This document shows, one piece after another, positions 58,432 to 64,000 of a DNA stretch of 64,000 nt; position 1 is the first letter of the stretch; each line of letters starts with the position of its first letter. Where the stretch lies: contig BTVJ01000023.1 in assembly GCA_045863395.1 (NCBI GenBank), positions 1-64,000 on the forward strand, read 5' to 3'. The translations under genes were made by a program, and so were the position numbers. This DNA is from Myxococcales bacterium. Its GTDB lineage: Bacteria; Myxococcota_A; UBA9042; JABWCM01; BTVJ01. The notes beneath the pieces are model-generated. The model saw nothing but the letters and a program-made list of their open reading frames with translations. It was not told the DNA's origin and searched no databases.

Positions 58432-59501
58432 TGAGACGCGCGAGATCAGTGAGGCCAGCGAGACAGTGGAGGGGGTGGGTCGGGGGCGTCATCGCCGTCC
58501 TCGCGCTCCTCGTGGGTGTGGTCGCCGACGCGAGCCCCTTCGTGCCGATCCACCGGCAAGGAGGCGCGACCCTGCAGGACCTGGTGACCCGCGAGCTGGC
58601 GTCCGCGAAGGCGGCGAAGCAGAGCGTCGTGATCATGTTCACCGCCGACTGGTGCACCCCCTGCAAGGCGATCAAGGACTGGGTCCACGACAGCAAGGCC
58701 GTGCAGAAGGCGATGGCCAAGGGGCGGATCCTGCTCGTGGACGTGGACGAGTGGCGGGGCCCCGCCCAGTCGCTGCTGCCCGGCATCGACGCCCAGAAGC
58801 TGCCCCAGCTCGCGCGCCTGGACGACGCGGGCAAGGTGGTCGTGTCCTGCTACGGGACCGACCTCGGGATCATGGACGAGGGCACCATCGCGAAGAACCT
58901 GGCGCGCCTGATCGCTGGCAAGCCCCCTGAGGCGGCGGTCTACGACAAGGACCCGGCCAAGGTCCGCGATCTGGCCATCGCCGACGTGGAGCGCAACAAG
59001 GCCAAGGTCGCGGGCCTCTCTGCGGTGGACGTGCAGGTGCTCGACGTGCAGCAGGCGGGGACCACGGCGCGGTACACGCTCAAGGTCACGCTCCGCAACA
59101 ACGACTCCCGGCGCCGGTGGTTTGCCGTGTCGGGGCGCATCGGGGCGCCGCTCACAGAGGCCCCGACGGTCACGGGCTGGGTCGTGCACAAGTTCGAGGA
59201 GCACGTGCGGGCCACGTACCTCCAGCTCCTGGGCCCCTCACCGATGGCGCTCATCCCCGTGGGCGGCTGGGGCTCGGCGGTCCTCGGCGGCTTCATCGTG
59301 GAGGGGGCGGCGCCAGGCAACCTGGAGGTCTGGGAGCTCGGCCAGCTCACGCTCGACGGCCAGCCGGCACAGTTCGACAAGAAGCTCCCCTACGCGCTGG
59401 AGATCGCGGCGGCCTTCCGCACGCGGCCCGTGTTCACCCGCACCACGCCGGCGCCCGTCTCCTTGCGGGCCGAGAAGAAGCACCAGATCCCGCTGGAGTG
59501 A
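58428..59501 (+). CDS. exported thioredoxin-fold protein with a C-terminal domain of unknown function
   Basis: Signal/TM segment and FTADWCTPCK. ATGA overlap with the ABC exporter stop. Confidence 0.8.
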   Translation: MMRRARSVRPARQWRGWVGGVIAVLALLVGVVADASPFVPIHRQGGATLQDLVTRELASAKAAKQSVVIMFTADWCTPCKAIKDWVHDSKAVQKAMAKGRILLVDVDEWRGPAQSLLPGIDAQKLPQLARLDDAGKVVVSCYGTDLGIMDEGTIAKNLARLIAGKPPEAAVYDKDPAKVRDLAIADVERNKAKVAGLSAVDVQVLDVQQAGTTARYTLKVTLRNNDSRRRWFAVSGRIGAPLTEAPTVTGWVVHKFEEHVRATYLQLLGPSPMALIPVGGWGSAVLGGFIVEGAAPGNLEVWELGQLTLDGQPAQFDKKLPYALEIAAAFRTRPVFTRTTPAPVSLRAEKKHQIPLE

Positions 59502-59838
59502 GCGCTCCGGTGCGCCCTACGCCCTCGCGGCGCAGGGACCGGCGGAGGGCGGCGGCCGCCCGCGTGAGCGACGGAGCTGCCGTCAGGGCCCCGCGCCCAT
59601 GCGGATCTCCGTCACTCAGCGCCACCGCGTGGAGCGGTGAACGGAGGTGCGCTTGGGTCCAGATCCCGCAGTCTCCGAGGGGCAGGCACGAATCGGTTAC
59701 AAACCGGGGTTGGTTATGCGTCAATGGTTACTTGTTAGCGTGCAAACTTCTGAATGTGCGATGGTTTTTCATTTGTGACCGCCCGCGCGCGCTGGTAGCG
59801 TCCGTCGCATGGCACAGCCCAGGCGCCGCGGAGAACCC

Positions 59839-60876
59839 ATGCCCCCCACACCTCGTCGGCTCAGCGGCGTCATCTCCGTGGTCGCGGCGGGCGCCCTGTT
59901 CCTCGGGGGCGGCACCCTGGGGCTGCTCTTGGGAGCACACCTGGGGAGGACCGTCGAGGTGGGCTCCATCTCCCCCCCCGCTCCAGGTGGAGCGTCAACG
60001 GACACCACCGAGCTCATCCGAACGACCGGGTATCGCTTCATCAGCCCCCTCATCGAGTGCGAGCGGAGCCGCATCGGGCAGCTCACCTTCGTCGAGTCGA
60101 AGCTCAATGACGTGATACGCCGCGTCAAGGAGCAGAAGACCGCGGAGCACGTCTCCATCTACGTGCGCGAGCTCAACAACGGACCTTGGCTCGGCATCGG
60201 CGAGCGGGCCGTGTTCTCGCCGGCGAGCCTGCTCAAGGTGCCCTTGATGATGACGGTGTTGCGCCTCGCCGAGCGGGACCCGCAGGTGCTTTCCGTGCGC
60301 CTGACGTGCCCCGATGAGGAGGAGCAGTGGCGCCCCAACATCCGCGGGTCTCGCGAGATCGTCCCTGGAGAGACGTACTCGGTGGACGAGCTGGTCGATC
60401 AGATGATCGTCCACTCGGACAACCGCGCCGCCAACCTCCTGTTGCGTTCGCTCAATGAGTCGGACCTCGTCCAGACCTACCAGGAGCTCGGGCTGCCGCT
60501 CCCCCCGCTGGATGGGAAGCGCCACGAGATGACCGTGCGGCAGTATGCGGGGACCTTCCGCATCCTCTACAACGCTATGTTCCTGTCTCGGGCGGCGTCC
60601 GAGGACGCCCTGGAGCGCCTCAGCAGGACCGAGTTCAGGGACGGCATCGTCGCCGGCATCCCCGACGGGACACCCGTGGCGCACAAGTTCGGCGAGCGCG
60701 GCCTGGAGACCGGGCTGGTCCAGCTCCATGACTGCGGCATCGTCTACGCACCCCAGCTCCCGTATCTGATCTGCGTGATGACGCAGGGGAGGTCCTTCGA
60801 GGAGTTGAGGGGGGTCGTCGAGCTCATCTCCCGGACGACCTACGTGTCCCTCACGGAGCACGCGGCGAAGCACTGA
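59839..60876 (+). CDS. class A beta-lactamase-related serine hydrolase (membrane anchored)
   Basis: PASLLK (SxxK), HSDN, VAHKFG and HDCGIVY. N-terminal TM. Alternative start 59809. Confidence 0.88.
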   Translation: MPPTPRRLSGVISVVAAGALFLGGGTLGLLLGAHLGRTVEVGSISPPAPGGASTDTTELIRTTGYRFISPLIECERSRIGQLTFVESKLNDVIRRVKEQKTAEHVSIYVRELNNGPWLGIGERAVFSPASLLKVPLMMTVLRLAERDPQVLSVRLTCPDEEEQWRPNIRGSREIVPGETYSVDELVDQMIVHSDNRAANLLLRSLNESDLVQTYQELGLPLPPLDGKRHEMTVRQYAGTFRILYNAMFLSRAASEDALERLSRTEFRDGIVAGIPDGTPVAHKFGERGLETGLVQLHDCGIVYAPQLPYLICVMTQGRSFEELRGVVELISRTTYVSLTEHAAKH

Positions 60877-61002
60877 CACGCTGACGCCGCGGCGATGTAC
60901 CCGGAGCGCCCAAAGACCGTTGCGACCCTGTGCCTCGCCCCAGTGCGCGACCGCGTCTGCATCGGGTATGATGCGCCGGTCCAGCCAGACGGGAGGTGCG
61001 CA

Positions 61003-63579
61003 GTGCGAGTGTGGATCTTGGCGTTCGTGGTGCTTTTGGGCGCGTGCGGCGATGGCGGGGGCGGCGGGGGCGAGGCGGTGGGCGACTCTGCCGTGGATGC
61101 CGGGACCGATGGGTTCACGGCCGATGCGCCAACGACGGACGTGGACGTGCCGCCCGACGCAGCCGAGGACGTCGCGGACTCCGACGACGCCTGGGAGGCC
61201 CCGGACTCCGGGCCGTGCGGCCCCGGGCAGTGCGTCGCGCCTTGGAACCGCAAGTGTGAGGACGACGCCAGCTTCAGCATCTGCGCGCCGGCCGGTGGCT
61301 CGTGCCTCGCGTGGAGCGCGTCCATCGCCTGTGCGGGGGAGTGCGTCGGCGGTGCGTGCGAGGACGGCTGCGTTGCCCCCCGCGCCTTGATCCTGGTCGA
61401 CCGGTCCTCCGCCATGACCGGGCTCTTGTGGGACCGCACCGTCGCGGCCATCAACGGCCTGGTTGCTGACCATCCATCCGGCGTGGAGCTGGGGGTGCGC
61501 GTCTTCCCCGCGCCCGGCACCGCGTGCGACGCGGGCGCCCCCGTCGCGCCCGCGGAGGGCCCGACCTCCATCGCCGCCGCTCTCGTTGCCCCCACCGCGT
61601 CGCCCTCTTCTCCCCTCGCCACCGCATTGACGGGGCTGGACGTTGCGCTGGGGCCTCCCCGGTCCGCGACCCTGGTCCTCGTCCTGCTCGCCGGGACCGA
61701 GACCTGCGCCGCCGAGGGGGCCGTGACGCAGGCCGTCCAGGGCCTGCGGGCGCGGGGCGTGGCGGTGCACCCCATCGGCGTCGGCGACGGAGCGGACGAG
61801 CACATGCTCGGGGTCATCGCGGCGGCGAGCGGGGAGGCGATCCAGAACGCCGTGACCGCGGCCGACATCCGTGGGGCGCTCCTCGGGCCCCTGGTCGCGG
61901 CCGGCGCGTGCTGCGTCGACGCAGACGGCGACGGGCGCGGCTCCTTCTGCGCCGGAGGGCCGGACTGCGATGACGCCGACGGGGCGACCTTTGCGCCGAG
62001 CTGCGCCGGCATGGAGTGCGGCGGCGACGGGTGTGGTGGGTCCTGCGGCACCTGCGAGCCTCCTCCGGGCGGCAAGGTGACCTGCGTGGAGGGCGCCTGC
62101 GTCACCACCTGCGACCCGGGCACGCACCCGTGTGGCGGTGCGTGCGTGTCCGACGATGACCCGGCCCACTGCGGGTCATCCTGCGAGCCGTGTCCGAGCG
62201 TGGCTGGAGGCACGGCGACCTGTGACGGCACGTCCTGCGGCTTCACCTGTGACGGGGGCAGCCACGCCTGCGACGGCGCCTGCGTCCCCGACGACTCCAT
62301 CGCGGCGTGCGGGCCCGACTGCGTCGCGTGCCCCACCGACCTCCACGGCAGCACCGCGTGCGTGGACGGCGCCTGCATCCTGACGTGCGCGGGCGGGTAT
62401 CTGGAGTGCGAGGGGACGTGCGCCGCGTGCCCGGGAGGCCCCGGCGTCGCGGAGACCGGGTGCGCCGGGCCCTCCTGTGTCGTCACCGCCTGCGCCCCCG
62501 GCTTCCTGCCCTGCGCCGCCGGCTGCTGCGACCGGATCGTGGTGGACGTCGCGCCCGCGAGCGGCGATCCCAACGACGGCGGCAGCCTGTCGCTGGCCGT
62601 GGACCCGTTCGGCGTGGCCCACCTGGCGTGGGCCGACCGCAAGACCCTCTTCTCCGGGGAGGTGCGCTACGCCAGCGGCACCTGGCAGGGCTTCACGACG
62701 GAGCTGGTGGCGAGCGGCAGCCACGGCGTCTACGGCCGCCCCACGCGCCTCGTCCTCGACTCGCAGGGGCGGCCCGTCGTCGCCTGGCGCGCGGGGACGA
62801 CCGCGGCGTCTCCGGTCCTGATGCTCGCCCGGCGCGAGGCCGCGGGCTTCGATCCGCCCGTGCAGCTCGCGGACACCTTCGGCGCGTGGCCCTACGGTGC
62901 CTCGGACTTCGCGCTGGTCGCCCCGAAGGCGGGGAGCCTGTCGGCGGTCTATCCGTCGGTCACGCGGCTGTCCATCGCCTGGTGGACGGGCCTCGTGGTG
63001 AACCAGGGCACCGTTGCGGACGTGGCCGGCGCCACCTACACCCACGCCCCCGCGGCCCTCGGGGCACCCGACGGTCTCCTCGACGTGCTCCACGCCGAGC
63101 AGGTGGGCTCCACCTGGGCCCTGGTTCACGCCCACGGCATCGACTCGGGCTGGACGGCGGGGCCGGTCCCCCTGGTGCTCTCTCCCGAGGGCGGGAGCCG
63201 CATGGCGCTGGCCCGATCTCCGTCGGGCACCCTGGGGCTCTGCGCCTTCACGACCGGCGGGCTGGTGCTCGCGACGCAGGGTGAGGGCTGGTCCGCGGAG
63301 ATTGTGGATCCAGAGGGACGCCAGGCCTGCTCCCTGGCCTATGCGCCCGACGGGACACCCCATGTCATCTACCGGACCTTGTACGGGGCCATCCGGCACG
63401 CGGTCGGGCCGGTGTGGAACAAGCAGGAGCTCGGCGCGCCCGGCGGGTCCCCGGAGCAGGGGCTGCGGTGGCCGTCCGCCGGCATCGACCCCAAAGGGGG
63501 CCTCCACGCGGCGTGGTGGGACCAGGGCGCCGGCGTCATCCGGTACTTCCACATGCCAGTCCCCGCGGTCGCCCCCTGA
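61003..63579 (+). CDS. lipoprotein with a vWA-like domain, Cys-rich repeats and a C-terminal beta-propeller-like region
   Basis: GGAGG RBS and lipobox LGAC. MIDAS-like ILVDRSSAM. CVDADGDG...DCDD, CGGDGCGGSCGTC and D-x-x-HCG-x-x-C repeats. Confidence 0.8.
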   Translation: MRVWILAFVVLLGACGDGGGGGGEAVGDSAVDAGTDGFTADAPTTDVDVPPDAAEDVADSDDAWEAPDSGPCGPGQCVAPWNRKCEDDASFSICAPAGGSCLAWSASIACAGECVGGACEDGCVAPRALILVDRSSAMTGLLWDRTVAAINGLVADHPSGVELGVRVFPAPGTACDAGAPVAPAEGPTSIAAALVAPTASPSSPLATALTGLDVALGPPRSATLVLVLLAGTETCAAEGAVTQAVQGLRARGVAVHPIGVGDGADEHMLGVIAAASGEAIQNAVTAADIRGALLGPLVAAGACCVDADGDGRGSFCAGGPDCDDADGATFAPSCAGMECGGDGCGGSCGTCEPPPGGKVTCVEGACVTTCDPGTHPCGGACVSDDDPAHCGSSCEPCPSVAGGTATCDGTSCGFTCDGGSHACDGACVPDDSIAACGPDCVACPTDLHGSTACVDGACILTCAGGYLECEGTCAACPGGPGVAETGCAGPSCVVTACAPGFLPCAAGCCDRIVVDVAPASGDPNDGGSLSLAVDPFGVAHLAWADRKTLFSGEVRYASGTWQGFTTELVASGSHGVYGRPTRLVLDSQGRPVVAWRAGTTAASPVLMLARREAAGFDPPVQLADTFGAWPYGASDFALVAPKAGSLSAVYPSVTRLSIAWWTGLVVNQGTVADVAGATYTHAPAALGAPDGLLDVLHAEQVGSTWALVHAHGIDSGWTAGPVPLVLSPEGGSRMALARSPSGTLGLCAFTTGGLVLATQGEGWSAEIVDPEGRQACSLAYAPDGTPHVIYRTLYGAIRHAVGPVWNKQELGAPGGSPEQGLRWPSAGIDPKGGLHAAWWDQGAGVIRYFHMPVPAVAP

Positions 63580-63683
63580 TCCGGGCGGGCATCCTATAGG
63601 TGGTTCGGGCGTTGTGGAAGCGGCAGCCGCGCTCTGCTAGTCTCAATGGCGGCTTCCCCAAACACCTGCTCCGAGGAGACTTC

Positions 63684-64000
63684 GTGAAGATACGACGAAT
63701 GCCACTGATTTGCGGCGGCGCGGCCCTGTTCGCGCTCGCCGGGTGCGAGACCACGGGCGGCGGCGCCGCGGACGCCGCCCAGGCGGACGGCTCCGGCGGC
63801 GACAGCGGCGGCGCGGGCGGTGACTCGGGTGGGCCCGGCGCCGACGGCAGCGGCCAGGACGCAGCATCCGTGGACGCGAGCACACCGGACGGGGGCGGCT
63901 GGGACGCTTCGTCTGATGTGGGCTCCTGGGATGGCGCCTCCTGGGACGCGGGTTCTCCGGACTCGGTGGGCCCCTGGGACGCGGGCTCCCCGGACTCGGT
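63684..64000 (+). CDS. lipoprotein, 5' partial (runs off the window end)
   Basis: GAGGAG RBS, GTG 63684, signal ending LAGC and an Asp/Gly/Ser linker with WDAGSPDS repeats. No stop in the window, so it is absent from the ORF track. Confidence 0.75.
   Translation, partial: MKIRRMPLICGGAALFALAGCETTGGGAADAAQADGSGGDSGGAGGDSGGPGADGSGQDAASVDASTPDGGGWDASSDVGSWDGASWDAGSPDSVGPWDAGSPDS

Overview
High-GC bacterial window whose gene content points to Myxococcota/Deltaproteobacteria (AgmX/GltJ-like protein, TIGR04552-like protein, FHA proteins with a Ser/Thr kinase, many Cys-rich lipoproteins). About 45 CDS are supported. Housekeeping genes are trpB, dapF, gshB and glyQ-glyS-ppdK. Other genes include a lipoprotein/ABC-ATPase/MacB-FtsX-type permease operon, a PocR-sigma54 regulator, a TPR/HEAT protein, a radical SAM enzyme, a FadL-type porin, an ABC exporter with a thioredoxin and a class A beta-lactamase-like protein. 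I saw no rRNA, tRNA, CRISPR array, integrase, transposase or reverse transcriptase. The main unexplained structure is a rearranged accessory region at about 24.1-32.9 kb. It holds a toxin-first AbiE-like pair and two nested direct repeats that copy the 3' ends of two different genes (arrangement A-FHA-B-cassette-A'-B'). Between the repeats is a three-gene secreted cassette whose first two genes each carry a single lesion: a poly-C9 frameshift and an in-frame TAA. Two otherwise ordinary envelope proteins carry large Cys-rich or Asp-rich repeat modules inserted inside conserved folds. A degenerate vapBC pair lies at 52.6-53.2 kb. All family calls come from motif recognition by eye, not from database searches, and start codons were chosen by RBS and promoter context.
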